Shown here: in pieces, positions 1 to 12,289 of the stretch
Layout of the letters: every line of letters starts with the position of its first letter
How positions within the stretch are numbered: the first letter of the stretch is position 1
Source of the DNA: Amoebophrya sp. A120
Lineage: Eukaryota; Protista; Dinoflagellata
Assembly: GCA_905178155.1 (NCBI GenBank)
Contig: CAJINV010000004.1
Span: 10,196,381 to 10,260,380 of the forward strand
Length of the DNA: 64,000 nucleotides
Reading direction: 5' to 3'
Notes under the pieces: model-generated
What the model was told of the DNA's origin: nothing
What the model saw: the letters and a program-made list of their open reading frames with translations, nothing else
The model's database searches: none
Made by a program: the position numbers and the translations under genes

Positions 1-200
1 AACATGGGGGTTTCGGCGCTGGTACGATACTGAACTGTGAAACATTTTTTTCTCACCACGATCTCTGCCGACGGCGAAAGTTCTACTTGTGTGTGAACAT
101 ATTCAGATGAAGGTGAAGCAATCGTCTTCTAAGTTCTACTCATATCTTCCAACTATGCCCCAAATACTGTAAATCCAGTCTCAAAATTATCTCAAAACAG

Positions 201-3200
201 TCCTGGCTCCGCACGTTTCTAAAGCACGTCGCGAATCACACACGGCACCTTTTTCCGGAGTCCATGGCCCACATTCTGATCGTAAACATGCACTGGCTGA
301 TCCGGGCGCCGACAAACACGCTGTCGCGACTGTTTTTGAATCCCGCCACGCTGTACAAGTTCCGATTTCTCTCCGCGGTGGAGGAGTTGCAGGAGTTCCT
401 CGACGTGCGGGACATCCCACTCTACTTGAACGGGAAGAACGCCGACCCCCTCCTCAACCCCGACCCGGTCACGGGCCGGCTCCCCGGGGGCCAGGAGGCG
501 ATTTGGACACAGCAGATGGTGAGAGGGGAAGTAGACGCGAGCGAATATCTAGCCGCGAGAGAGCCTTACGACCGCCACGGAGGATGTAGTAGTAGTATTG
601 TCGGCGCAGGAGGAGGTGGAGGAGCTGCTGCTGCTGCACCTCCAGGGCAGAATATTACTAACTCGGCTGCAACATCGGCCACCACTACGACGAGTGTGCT
701 TCCGGTGGGACGAAGAAGTTCATCTTCGAAAGCAAGCAAGAGCAAACTCACTGTTGCTCGTCCAACCCTTGATGCTCATCGTGGCCCACAGATCATGAAC
801 GCGGATAGTTTTACCAAGGACAGCATCAACCCTCGCGAACCCCCACCGCCGGAGCCAAAAGTGAACGAAGCTGATGGAGTCGTCTTCGGCGACCACTCTG
901 GCGCAAACGTCTCCGTCAATCATGTAGTGGATGAAATATCAAGTAGACCCGGGGGCACCGCCCCCGGCGGAGAACCATCAGCAGCAGCCGCAGCACGGTC
1001 AGCGAATCTTAAAAGAACTTCTACAGGAAGTGGTCCTGCCGATGAAGTGGATGACCCACTCTGCTCGCGGACCCCTAGCACCTCCCGCCCCTCCAGCAGT
1101 GCCAGCGGAATTTCACTCGCGAAAACGATCTCCGTGTCGAGCAACGACCAGAGCGGGGCGGGCGGCCCAATGACAACGACGACCGGAGCTGGTACTAGTA
1201 GTAAGAATATCACCACCAGCACGACCACGTCCACGCAGCTTCGGCCAGTAGAGCACGACGTCGACGTGGTCGTCCCCACACCTCCCATCAACACGAAGAA
1301 CGCCCCCAGCAACTCTGGATATAGTAGCTCCCACTCCCAGCCCGCCCCTGAGGACGCAGTATGTTTAGTACCCTCTAGCAGTTGCGCAACAACGCCTAGT
1401 ACCTCCCAGAAGTCTTCGTTTTTGCAGGTTCATCTACCCAGTTCGTCTACACCGACCACCACCACCACGACCCCAAATTACATCAACCCGATCGAAGCCG
1501 TTCCATTTGGTGCTCCTGAGGATGCGAAAAGCTCCGCATCCACCACCAGCAGTACTGCCCCATCCAAAAAGTCCTGGTGGAACCGGCGCTCCTCCGACGA
1601 CCAAGCAGATGGCTGCTCTTCAGACACTGCTGCACAACAAGATTCCCCCCGCTCCCTACCCATGTCCAGTGTCGCGGCTCGGAAGATTGGGTGTTTCCCC
1701 GGTGCTGGCACCACCTCGCCGTCCAAAGGACCGCTCGTCCGGGGCGGCATTGCGAAAATGGTCTCGAGATCGTCCGCTTCTTCGACTTCTACCAAGGGAG
1801 GGGGTGTTGAGCAGAAGTCTAGTAGTACTTCTTCTAAACAGCCTCTGCCTCACACGACCACCAGCACCACGAACCGAGCATCTTTACTGTTGCAAAACGA
1901 CGCCCAAATCGACGATTTGTTGGACAAGATGGACGCGGGCGTTCTGGCGACTGGCACGGTCCCGGTCGTTGTTTCTGGTAGAAGGAAATCGTCTTCTGTG
2001 TCTGGTTCTGGTAGTTTTGCCGCTCCTGTCCGAAGTGGCAGCAAGGCCGCAAGCAAAAGTGGGACAACATCAACTAAGGAGAAGACTCATCAGACAGATG
2101 CTGCTCGTCGCTCATCAAGTACTAGAAAAAGCAGCAAGGCAAAGTCCGCAGGTAGTTCATCATTGTCTCCGCTGTCCAGCCATGCGTCGTTCGCAAGCTG
2201 TGAGGATGATGCTGGTCCCGACGAACTACAACATGGTGGTGCTCCTCTCGATCTTGAGGAAATTACTACATCAGGAGCCGCAGAAATTACCCGCTACTCG
2301 ACAACCCGAGAGTTTGCCACGGCGCAGGACTTGGAAGAAGGAGATCTTTTGGACACAGATGAACAAGCACGACCACGAGTAAAACAAGATGGAGAGGGTG
2401 ATATCAAGCACAGAAAGACAAATTCCAAAGTTTCTTCACATGACAGTGCCACTTCCACTACAACGTCAGCGGCATTGAAAATTGCTGCTACGTCGAGTAG
2501 TTCCGCCTCTCCTGCTCCGCCGCAGGAGTCCAAACACAACGGCGCGCCTGGCATCGCCCAGGCGGTCCGAGGTTCGCCGCCAAGGAAGCTGCTATCCCAG
2601 GAGAGTGTCATGATATCCAGCACGACGACCTTGCCGTCCGCGGGGGAAGCTGCTGCTGCTGCTCGGCCAGGTCGTGACCAGGGGGCGAATGTAAAAATAA
2701 GAATAACTGAAAGCGACGAGAAAAAGCAGGACAGCTATAATTACGCCACTGGCGCCGCAGTTTCCGGGCCGCATCCGGTCCGAAGTAGTACTAAGGGAAG
2801 TAAGCGCACTAGTAGTGAAAGAACGATCGCATCAAAGGACTCTGTGTCCTCGTCGGTAGACATCTTCAACCAGCAAACTGAACCTGCGCCACCTGGACGA
2901 GGTAGCAAGCAAATAATTCCAGAAGAAAGTCGACGAGATTTGAGGACTTCGGCAGGAGGAGAAAACAAAACTACGGAGAACGCTAAGCTGCGATCGGGCA
3001 GAGAACCAGGAGGAGCATCTGGCCCGCCTCGCGCAAGAACCGCAGGAGTACTCGTAGCCGCGCAAGAAGCGCAAGATGGCGCATTTGTCAGGCCACAGCG
3101 GCAGAGCATGACGAATCTTCGAGCTGACCACGGAGTACAACTAGGGCCACAGGAGCAACACTTCGACCTGCACCCCGTGGTCCAGCAGGAGCAACGCTAT

Positions 3201-3965
3201 AGAAATGATCTTGATCAGTTAGAACAACAACAGTCCGACGATCGAAGAAAAAATCTGCCCGTGCCCTCATCGAAAATAAACTACAGCGCAACTACATCGC
3301 GAGAGCGACCTGTAGTTGTATCAGCACAAGAACCAGCTGCGCAAGAACATCAACAAGCAAAAATGCAAAACGAAAACTCCACAACCTGGATGCGCCAGAT
3401 CGCCAGTCGCTTCGCGGATGTGTCTCGCAAGTTGCCGCCGAACGGCTTTATGTCGGCGATGTCTCCCAGTGCAGCATCTCCATCTGGTGGTCCCTCGTCC
3501 TCCGCACAGCATCTTCACGCCGCGCATCTTCAAAGACACCAGCAAATGATCGTGCAACACCCCCCAAACAGGAACTCTTCCTCCAGAATAAGCGCAACTA
3601 GTATAACAACTTCAGGCCCCCGCTCGTCGCGACTACAGAGACAAGAAGACCAACAGCTGCACGGACCACCTCCGAGCTACTCTCAAGGAAGGAAAAGTCG
3701 CAACTTTCAGGAAACGGAAGAGAACCTGAACGTGACCCAACAGCACCGCTACAATGCTTCTTCTACTAGTACAGCAACACGGCAAGAAAAAGAATCAGAC
3801 CACAGTTCTCCCGGGTTTGATGGACCAATGACCACAGCAACATCTAAGCCGCATCAGAACAAGAGCAGTAGTCGTTGGAGCTTTTCTTTCGTGCGGTCCA
3901 GCGTCAAGAGGAAAGACTATCATGACATTGACGATAGGGAACGGCTAGATATGGCACGTTTGTAG
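201..3965 (+). CDS. CRAL-TRIO/SEC14-like domain protein with long low-complexity C-terminal tail (last exon; gene starts upstream of window)
   Basis: Frame open from acceptor AAAACAG|201. FPESMAHILIVNMHW...FLNPATLYKFRFL...EELQEFLDVRDIPLYLNG resembles the C-terminal half of the CRAL-TRIO domain. The rest is S/T/Q-rich. Upstream exon 1-21 (NMGVSAL|GTACGA). Confidence 0.65.
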   Translation, partial: SWLRTFLKHVANHTRHLFPESMAHILIVNMHWLIRAPTNTLSRLFLNPATLYKFRFLSAVEELQEFLDVRDIPLYLNGKNADPLLNPDPVTGRLPGGQEAIWTQQMVRGEVDASEYLAAREPYDRHGGCSSSIVGAGGGGGAAAAAPPGQNITNSAATSATTTTSVLPVGRRSSSSKASKSKLTVARPTLDAHRGPQIMNADSFTKDSINPREPPPPEPKVNEADGVVFGDHSGANVSVNHVVDEISSRPGGTAPGGEPSAAAAARSANLKRTSTGSGPADEVDDPLCSRTPSTSRPSSSASGISLAKTISVSSNDQSGAGGPMTTTTGAGTSSKNITTSTTTSTQLRPVEHDVDVVVPTPPINTKNAPSNSGYSSSHSQPAPEDAVCLVPSSSCATTPSTSQKSSFLQVHLPSSSTPTTTTTTPNYINPIEAVPFGAPEDAKSSASTTSSTAPSKKSWWNRRSSDDQADGCSSDTAAQQDSPRSLPMSSVAARKIGCFPGAGTTSPSKGPLVRGGIAKMVSRSSASSTSTKGGGVEQKSSSTSSKQPLPHTTTSTTNRASLLLQNDAQIDDLLDKMDAGVLATGTVPVVVSGRRKSSSVSGSGSFAAPVRSGSKAASKSGTTSTKEKTHQTDAARRSSSTRKSSKAKSAGSSSLSPLSSHASFASCEDDAGPDELQHGGAPLDLEEITTSGAAEITRYSTTREFATAQDLEEGDLLDTDEQARPRVKQDGEGDIKHRKTNSKVSSHDSATSTTTSAALKIAATSSSSASPAPPQESKHNGAPGIAQAVRGSPPRKLLSQESVMISSTTTLPSAGEAAAAARPGRDQGANVKIRITESDEKKQDSYNYATGAAVSGPHPVRSSTKGSKRTSSERTIASKDSVSSSVDIFNQQTEPAPPGRGSKQIIPEESRRDLRTSAGGENKTTENAKLRSGREPGGASGPPRARTAGVLVAAQEAQDGAFVRPQRQSMTNLRADHGVQLGPQEQHFDLHPVVQQEQRYRNDLDQLEQQQSDDRRKNLPVPSSKINYSATTSRERPVVVSAQEPAAQEHQQAKMQNENSTTWMRQIASRFADVSRKLPPNGFMSAMSPSAASPSGGPSSSAQHLHAAHLQRHQQMIVQHPPNRNSSSRISATSITTSGPRSSRLQRQEDQQLHGPPPSYSQGRKSRNFQETEENLNVTQQHRYNASSTSTATRQEKESDHSSPGFDGPMTTATSKPHQNKSSSRWSFSFVRSSVKRKDYHDIDDRERLDMARL

Positions 3966-4551
3966 TAGAGTAGAACGCCAGGAGGGCCAGGAGCCGGCCC
4001 CGGCGGGCCTAGATGATATAAAAAATATCGTGGCGCAGGCGCGCCTGCCGAGCAGCAGTAGGGTGGTAGCTTTAATATGGTAAGTATTTTCCTCAAATGC
4101 GACATCGCGGCTCTTCTGAGTGATGAAGAACGTTGAGCACACGCACAGTGCTACCGCTTGTATCATTTTCCAATACGCCAGCTCCTGCACATGACATCTT
4201 CTTTGTGATCAGGCTAACAGTGCGAGAAGCTTCCTCCATGTATACCAATTTCTCAACGGCTGGAGGTGGTATTATGCCGGTCCATGTTCTGTTTATTTTT
4301 ATCTGAAGTTGCTCGTTCTCATTCTCAACCTCAAGTTCGCCATATGCCTATCATGATACCGTTACAAGTAGATTGACGCGAAGGGAAGATTGATAAAGAT
4401 AAACCTGAACTTTTTTCAACAAGTAGGTGCTATGTTGCGCGCGGTGCTGCAACCTACTTTAGTACATTTATACCACGACATGTTGGACATAATTCTGCAG
4501 AGGAGCTAGAGGTAGTGCCAAGTTCGACGATTCTTGTACCAATCTTCATGT

Positions 4552-4706
4552 TATGAATTGCAAAAGTATCGTACTCGCAGTAATTGCGTTTATGCATTAC
4601 AAATCTCTTTCTCAAGGTCAATCAGCATTACAAATTTAATTTGGAATGCTGGGCTAATTTGTAATGCAATTTATACTAGTACGATAGGATACTTTTGCAT
4701 TGCATA
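4552..4706. mobile_element. Introner-like TIR element, family B (155 bp); host gene unresolved
   Basis: TATGAATTGCAAAAGTATC...GATACTTTTGCATTGCATA; TSD CATGT at 4547-4551 and 4707-4711. Confidence 0.9.
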
Positions 4707-6381
4707 CATGTGCGGAGTAAACTCGAAGGCAGCTCCTCATCCGGCAGCGACGCGGCCCTCTACTTTAGCCTCTACTCAAGAGCCAAAAGTAATGTCAACA
4801 TTTACCGCCTCAAGCTCAACTACATGGAACTAAGTACAGCCGCATGGTACGATTAACAGTGCCGAGGATACGAGTTCTTGGTTTCATACAGGCTGATAGT
4901 ACTTCTTGACAGTACCTTCTACGCAACACATGTCATCTTGAAGTCGGTTTTTATGATAGACCAACACGGGACCTACATTCTTGCGACACATGATAATACC
5001 AGAGTCTGCATTCCTTTGGCTTTTGCTGATACAGGGCTGGGGCTGTGTATACGATTATACATGTTCTTGGTGTAGGTGAAACTTAGTCTATCATATAGTG
5101 TTCTTGTGATCAGCTGTGGTGCTGGGCGTCGGCAACCTGTGTCGGGAGAAGGAACATAACACATTGGCATCAACACATTAATGCCTGCTTTGAAAACATG
5201 CGGCAAATGGAAAATAAATCATATCCACGACCACATCAAGCATAAGCAAACGAATCCTTCGCTATCATCAGCGCATGACTCATGAGAAATCTTTGTGTGG
5301 AAGTGTGTTCATCCTGCATCGTTTTCCCTCCAGATTCCGTAGTTGTTGAACTATATTAAGCTGCTCGCAACATCTCGACGCAAGATCAAGAACAATACTA
5401 AAGGTAAAGGTTCTGATGTTCGCGGCTACATCGAAAGGGACGAGAGAAAGGAATGTCGGTGCGACATCGAAATATCTTTTTGTGCCAACTCTAAGTCTAG
5501 CAAGCTGCGACCTCGAAAGAAGGAAAGATAAAGAACAAAGTGTGCTGATCCATCGGTTCACGGCATGTTGAAGGTACTAACACGGTGCAGGCCAGCAACA
5601 TTCTTGGTGTGAAATAGATCATGGTCTGTGATTTCAAATGATAAATCACGCAAATAAAGATCAACGCATTCTAATTCTTGATGTGGGAGTCGGTCAACAT
5701 CAACTTCTCGACACATTTCTGATTGGAGATCTTGATTTCTGTATAAATGCGCCAACGCAACTGAAAAACGAGAGTCTCCTGCAGTGTCCAGTATTTCTGT
5801 ACGCATAAATCAGGCTGCATCTGCAATTGAGTTGATGTGCTTGCTCTAGTTTTTCAATCAATGTTTTTGCAGTATTGCAGAAAACTTCACAGGATTATTA
5901 AACCTCTGGACGTATTCCCCGCACTCTTTGTCTTTACATATTATAAGTATTGCTGCTCATATAGAGGTGGTCACAGAGCTTGCTACTCCCGCGCGGACCA
6001 TTCTAAGTCATTCATACACGTTGAGTTCAGAAGCTTTTTCTCTCTGGTCTGTTGGCACTTCGTCCACGGCCAAACTAGAAGCGAACGACTTTATAATACC
6101 AACGATTGGGAGGTGCATACGTATATTTTCTCTTTGGCGACATTGCTACATAACACACTGCATTCATATGCTTAAAAGTTTTACCTTCCCATCATCCCCA
6201 TTATTGCAACTTCTACTTTATCTACTTTAACTTCTTTCATTCTTTACCTCACCCGGTCTGTGAAACAGAAACTTATTCATTGACAATGCCCCGTCAGCAG
6301 AGTCAGAATTCCAAAGGATCGCCTTCGCCCGTTCTTTTTGTTGTGCCTCCGTTGCTCATCCCCGTTCCGCGCTTCGGCACG

Positions 6382-8702
6382 ATGAGAGGACTGTTGGCCG
6401 CAGCGTGCGGTAGTTTTTTTCTGGCCGGCCTACCGGCATGTCGCGGATTGCAGCTCAAGTCAGTACATCAACATAGTGGTGGTCCTCGCGCACGAAGTGG
6501 TTCCTCTTCTCGGCAGCCTCGGAGCCCAACTGGTGCAGCTGCTCACAACGCTAGCAATATCCACGGGAATTACAAATCGACAAGAGCATCGTTTTTGTCC
6601 TTTGTACGTTGTACTCATTGCTGCAGCAGATGCATGAATTTATCTTGTAACAGTAACGAAGGCTCTATCTCCATTTCGTATATTTTTCTCTATCAAAGTT
6701 GTTGATGTGCAGGACCGTCCTGCACAAAGTACTATGAGAAGCAGCAGTAGAAGTTGTGCAATCAGAAAATAGAATGAAATTGAAATACATGCAGCAAACG
6801 CTGCTCTCTCACTCTCCTGCTGGAAGTAAGTAGCTTTGAGATGACCTACGCGCAGCTAAGGTCACAATGGAAAGCTGTTACTTTTGTTTTTGGGCAATCA
6901 CGGGGCCTCTTTGTCTTTCCATTTCGATATCTTCACCGGACATATTGTTCGGCACGAACACAGAGCAGCAGGCTAAGGCTCTGGTAATCGGTGAGAACCA
7001 CTTCATGGCTCTTTCCGGACCCCTACGCAGCATGCTTCGGAACCTTGCCGAGCGCAAGCAGATTGAGCTCTTCGAAGAAACGTCGGAGGACGTTGATTCC
7101 GAGTTAGAGGACCCTCATCTGTACTTTCTCGCGCATGTTAGTAACCTTGTAGCCAGGCTGAATCAGGCTGAAGTGCCAGATGCAGATGGCATCGGTTTTG
7201 TCCTGCGATGTTTCAAACGCGACAGCACGACATTCGTATCATTAAGTGTTGAGGAGAAGCGGCAGCTAGTGAAAGTCGCAGGTGATGCTATCATGGGCGA
7301 AGCTATGCAGCAGCAGAGCCACGTGCTGGATGGAATTTTTCCATCGGGTTCTCGAGACCAAGAAATCCTGGAAGAGGCCAGCGCTTTAACGAAGGCTCTC
7401 AAGTTAATGCTTTTCCCGGACGCGAGAAGTGACAGTGAGCTTTTTGACGTACGAGACGACATTCCAGTGCTAAGTCTAAGACCAGCCGGTAGGGAGCGCT
7501 GGACGCCCTTTGATGCCGTGGAGTTTGATATTTACCAACTTTCTCGCGGCAAGCGGACGAGGCGCGAGCTGGAAGAGGCGAAGGCTGGAATGTATGTGCC
7601 GACTTATGCCGTCGAACACTACCTGGCTCATGATGTCTCGGAAGGTTTCCTTTTCCGAGAACACTTTTTACGAGGTGCAGACTTTTCGTCTATTGGACCG
7701 ACCAATGCGCACATTCAACAAATCGAGAAGGTTATGCCGCGTCGCGTTGATCTCCTCCGGTGCGGGCTGGAAGCTATCCAGGCCTGGCTGGCGCAGAAGG
7801 TCAACGAAACGTACCTCCAAGGCGCCTGGAAGCTGCCCTCGATTTTTCCGGAGGGATCGAACATGACAGAAGAGGAGCGTGCTCAGATGGAGTTGCTGCG
7901 GGCAAGTTTATCTCCTGATGCAGCACCGTCGCTCCTGATCAAGCAACGTCGCGCTTGTCTGGCTCAAGCAACGTCGACGTCGCTCCTGATCGAGCTCAGA
8001 AACCTTGTCTGGATCCAACGTGTTTTCCAGAAGTGGACCAAGAGAAGCCACGAAGGCCACGTCGACGAGGAGGGTGGCGGTGCTGGTGCCACTACAGCTG
8101 CAACGACTCCTTCTGCCCAGCTACTTCCGAAAGTTTTTGTTATGGGTAACGACCATGTGCCCCATTTCGTTATGCGCCTCAAGCAGGTAGCAGGCGAAGG
8201 CCTCCAAATCGAAACTGCGCGCCTTTTCCGGCAGAAGAGAAGGGAGCCTGCGAGGATTGCTACCAGCAGTAGCGGAGCGGAAGGCGCATCAATGGAGGAC
8301 CCCTATTCGCATAGCTCGGTGCATACCGAGTTTCGGGAGAAATACGAAGAAGAAAAGCGAAGTCTCCGCTCCCGGCCGGCGATGCAGCTTGAGCTTGACT
8401 CGCTCTTGACCAAGGTGACTGACGCGCACCGGGAGATTACTCGCACTTGTGCAGAAAGGCCTCCTTCCCTGTCCTATATTAATTACGCGAGCACGCCCAC
8501 CACCCCTCTCCATGCGCGGACAGAAGGTGACATGCCACAGGTACTGCGCGAGCGCGACGAGCAAGAAGAAAGGGATACAGCCGTGGCCGGGATTTTACAG
8601 TGGGAGATTGACTTTCCTGAATCGCGACTGGAAACAGATACTATCAAACAGAACCAGAAAAAGAAAACGAAAAGTAGACGCTGCTATCTGTTCCCGAAGT
8701 AG
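6382..8702 (+). CDS. Hypothetical, probably secreted protein (two ORFs likely joined by a GT-AG intron at about 6604-6970)
   Basis: Signal-peptide-like MRGLLAAACGSFFLAGLPACRG at 6382, GTACGT donor at 6604, long ORF 6867-8702; acceptor uncertain. Confidence 0.5.
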
Positions 8703-8990
8703 AGGGCCGCCCAGACCGGCGCACCGGCGAAGAGTCTTGATCTTCGATTCTTTTCCCATTCCCCGGAATGAAATAGAAATATTTGCAATAAAAATTGCGA
8801 AGGCCTGCTGGTGCGGCGTTTGCAGTTTTAAGTAGGCAATAATAATAAAAGTTTCAAAGGACTTGCAAGACAAAAAATATCACTAAGACTAAGTGGCTGC
8901 ATTGTCATGAAGTGCGTGCCGCATGGAAATATGATATCGGGACTGTAAAAAAGTTGAAATATGCATCTGCTTTTGTTTTCCTCTGGACAG

Positions 8991-9376
8991 GTGTCGATGG
9001 TTTCCTCAGCGTTCTCCGGTTCCTTGCGGTTGCGACGAAGACGACCAACACGCAGGCGAGCAAAGGTCATGGTAAAGGATCCGGCCAGGAGACCGCGTCG
9101 CCGCGGCGCAGATCAACTTCTGCTAGGGCCGCAAGAAGGAGGCGTGGTAGCCCTTCTGCAGCTCAGTATCGTCGTCCAACCCGGTCGCGTGAAGATCATG
9201 GGATTCGCTTCCCCCTGGACGAGGACAACGTGAACGTGAACGACGACCAAGCTGCAGAAGCTGCCCCCGTGCTGCCTCCTGAGCAGCTGCAGGTGGCACA
9301 ACGTGGTACCCTTCAAGTGCCAGGGGAAGATGACGATGAAGAGCAACATCCTCGGCTTCCGCATTTCTTTGGATGA
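8991..9376 (+). CDS. Possible coding exon of an unresolved gene
   Basis: Pyrimidine-rich acceptor TTTTCCTCTGGACAG|8991 followed by an open frame with coding-like composition. Confidence 0.3.
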
Positions 9377-9696
9377 TGCAGTGAGGGCGAGGAGCAATGC
9401 AGGTGGTCGTACTTTTGAGCCTTTTGATGGGGTTGAAGGTACTGCACCGCGGCGCCAGAAAAAAACATCAAGCAGAACGAAAAGCCCGGGGAGAAGTCGT
9501 AGGAGGTGAGGATGTCAGCAGTCCGAGTCCTTGTATGGCCCATACAAGGCTCTAACTGGAGCTTTCCCATACTATGGGAAAGCTTCTGTTGTGTTCATGT
9601 GTGCTGGATAAATATAAGTACTCCCCGGAGTACATATGTGAAAGCGAATTTTTTTGAAAAAATCGTGATCGGCAGCTTCGTCTCCTGGTACATGTA

Positions 9697-9775
9697 TTTA
9701 CTGTTTTGGACCTTTTTACTGTTTTGGACCTATTTACTGTTTTGGAAAAAAAAAAAAAATTACTGTTTTGGACCG
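9697..9775. repeat. Short tandem repeat TTACTGTTTTGGA(CC), 4 copies, with poly-A interruption
   Basis: Direct reading of sequence. Confidence 0.8.
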
Positions 9776-10827
9776 CCGGGATACCTAACGCATTCCGTCC
9801 TCCCGATGGCGAACATTGGAGAGGTGGATCCCAGGGCGCCACAAGAATAAACTACAGGCGACCAACATACTGATCATTTCCGATACTTGTCATGAAGATG
9901 TAGTAAACACGATCACGAACCCGTAGTACCCCAGCAAGCACGTCGATTATTTTTATTGAACAGCTAGCTCAGCTTCAGAGATGCAGATGACCACGACGAA
10001 CTACAGCTGTGAATTTTTTTGAGAGTGCCTATTTCAAATTCAAACGAGTAACACAGCTTATTGTAGCGCAAATTTTACTTATTGAAATTTGCGCTACATC
10101 ACCTACATAGTTAGAAGAAGTCGAACAAGCACCACTAGACTCACAAGATGATTCAGTGAGTAGAGAAGCCTAGTAATGAGCGAAGGACTCCTAAATACAT
10201 GCTTCTGTTTCATCTGGTTCGAACATGGCCACCAGGTGGAGGCACCTGGTTCACGAATGAAGAATAAAAACGCACCTCAAAAAAACGTTCAACAAAACTA
10301 CCACAAGGGATATTGATATTCTTCATTGATTACCAGCACTCTTGGATGAAGTAAGTACCTACCAAGAACACGCGCTATGTCCGGCGGGCCCGGGGCTCCT
10401 AGTTCTTTACACAGGTCTGACGATTTTGTTCTGTTCACGATGCGATGGACTCTTGTCCGCATCGGTTGTGATGACAACGCGCAAGTGAAATTTTCAATTT
10501 GCCCAGGTAAAAAGTCGCAAATATGTCCTGCTCATTTATGTGTCCACTTTTGCTCATTGCAGCTCTCAGGAAAAAGGAAAAGATAGAAGAAGTTGATGAG
10601 ATGGTCCTCTTTGTTGACAGATCGCAGTCGGAGAGTTCTAGTTCGTCACATAATATCGCCCCCTCTTTCTTGTGAAGATTCACAAGTAGAGCTCTTGTTG
10701 TCGAGGACGAACAGCGAGCGACTTATAATACGCTAACTATGTATCTTCAGGCTGCTATCCAGTAGCGGCGTTTGTTTGTGATAAAAGAAGAGAATCCCAC
10801 GTTTTTGAAATAACGAAAAGTAAAAAG

Positions 10828-12289
10828 ATGCATTCGAGGTCGTCGACGTCGATCCTTCGTCGGCTCGGGTCATTGTTGATTTGCCTATCATCCCAGGCAG
10901 GGTTTCTTTTTCATCTACTACCTTCTCCTGTACAAGCAGTGCTACCGCCGGGGTACGAGGATGAGCTCTATTGCCGTGCGGGATTCTGCATGGTATACAA
11001 GAACCTGGACCCGGGCTTCTGCGGTCCGTCGTCAGCCTTTCACGAGTGCTTCAACAAGGACACAGGATTATCGTTTGGGAAAAATCTATCGAACGTCGTG
11101 TGCACTTCCAATCTACGCACTTCCGCTTTTGCTTCACGACATGTTGTCATGAAAATCAATGCACCTTGTGGCCGTGGCCACCATCAGAAGTGCGGAACTT
11201 GCGCGCCCGGGCGTACCATCTTCAAATCAAAACCTCGATGCACAATGAATCTGTGAATTCTGGCTGCAGATCACTCGTCAATGATATCAATACATGCTAG
11301 AACAAGCATTTTTCAAATGCGACCATGAGCATGATGACACGCGGCTTCAATTTTGAAAATTGGAATCTGCATGCCATGTTTGTGCAGGCGCACGTACTTT
11401 TTCCATAGGATAAACAGAAAGGACTGGAGTAGTGGTTTGGGGGTCAAAATCACACGGAGAGGTAAGCAATAAACATTTAACTAAGTAGGCCAACGTGGGC
11501 GGCACGCATAGCTATTTCATATCTCAGGGGGCAGCGGCTGACGATGGTTATTTAGAGTGCAGTGGTCCCAGTCGATTCTATTTGCCATTAGGTGCTGCAA
11601 AAACTTCGCATTTGAGATGAAAATGTATGATGTGATTCTGATCTTCTATCAGGAGGAGAAGCAGAGGTTGTTGCAGAACGGTCACCACTATCCACTGCAA
11701 ATTTGTCTGGGTCAGGGAAAGTGCAGCTTGTCTTGCGTGTCTTGCAGCATGCATGTAGAACAATGTGTGTTGCATGTATGACCAGCAAAGCCGCACCCTC
11801 GTTTGTTGCACGAAAACGCAATTCGTCACGTGTGCTACAACACTTCAGAGAGCGTAGTTGCCAAAATTTGGCATGTTTGGCTGCAAATATATGGATGCGC
11901 AAGGTAGCATCACATGTCTCCACCCACAGACATATTTCTTCCTGCGGATAACCACACGGAAAATTGCTCCGACGACGTGGCAAACCAGTACCGCGCGTCG
12001 CTGCAGCAAAGGCCACCGGGCGTCCCACTATGCATTGCAAAAGTATCGTACTCGTATAAATGCACCATTACAAATTTCCTCAGCATGAGAAATAAAATTT
12101 GTGATGCAGATTTGCCTTAAGACAAAGATTTGTAATGCAAGACATGCATTTATACGAATGCGATACTTTTGCACGGCAGGATACCCACCGGCCGGCGGGA
12201 AGGGCGGCGAGCCGAGCATTCAGTATGTGGAAAGGGAAACGACTGCACAACGAGTGGATCAACAAGTTGTTCAAGATTTGGATCTGTAG
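10828..12289 (+). CDS. Small Cys-rich secreted hypothetical protein, 163 aa; exons 10828-11067, 11420-11461, 11653-11688, 11956-12028, 12189-12289
   Basis: Hydrophobic N-terminus. Continuous frame after removing one GT-AG intron (11462-11652), two clear TIR elements and one degenerate element; exon sum 492 nt. Confidence 0.75.
11068..11413. mobile_element. Degenerate introner-like element (first intron of 10828 gene)
   Basis: Imperfect TIR TTATCGTTTGGGAAAAA / TTTTTCCATAGGATAA; flanks ACAGGA / ACAGAA; removal restores frame (DTG-RTGVVVWG). Confidence 0.5.
11689..11950. mobile_element. Introner, diverged family A (262 bp)
   Basis: TATCCACTGCAAATTTGTCTGGG...CAGACATATTTCTTCCTGCGGATA; TSD ACCAC; frame restored (NGHH-TENC). 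Confidence 0.85.
12029..12183. mobile_element. Introner, family B (155 bp)
   Basis: TATGCATTGCAAAAGTATCG...CGATACTTTTGCACGGCAGGATA; TSD CCCAC; frame restored (GVP-PAGG). Confidence 0.92.

Noticed and set aside
4850-6240. Short ORFs in AT-richer stretches (also about 12300-13400, 29000-30300, 39000-41000)
   Set aside because: No consistent exon chain or recognisable protein; treated as intergenic or unresolved.
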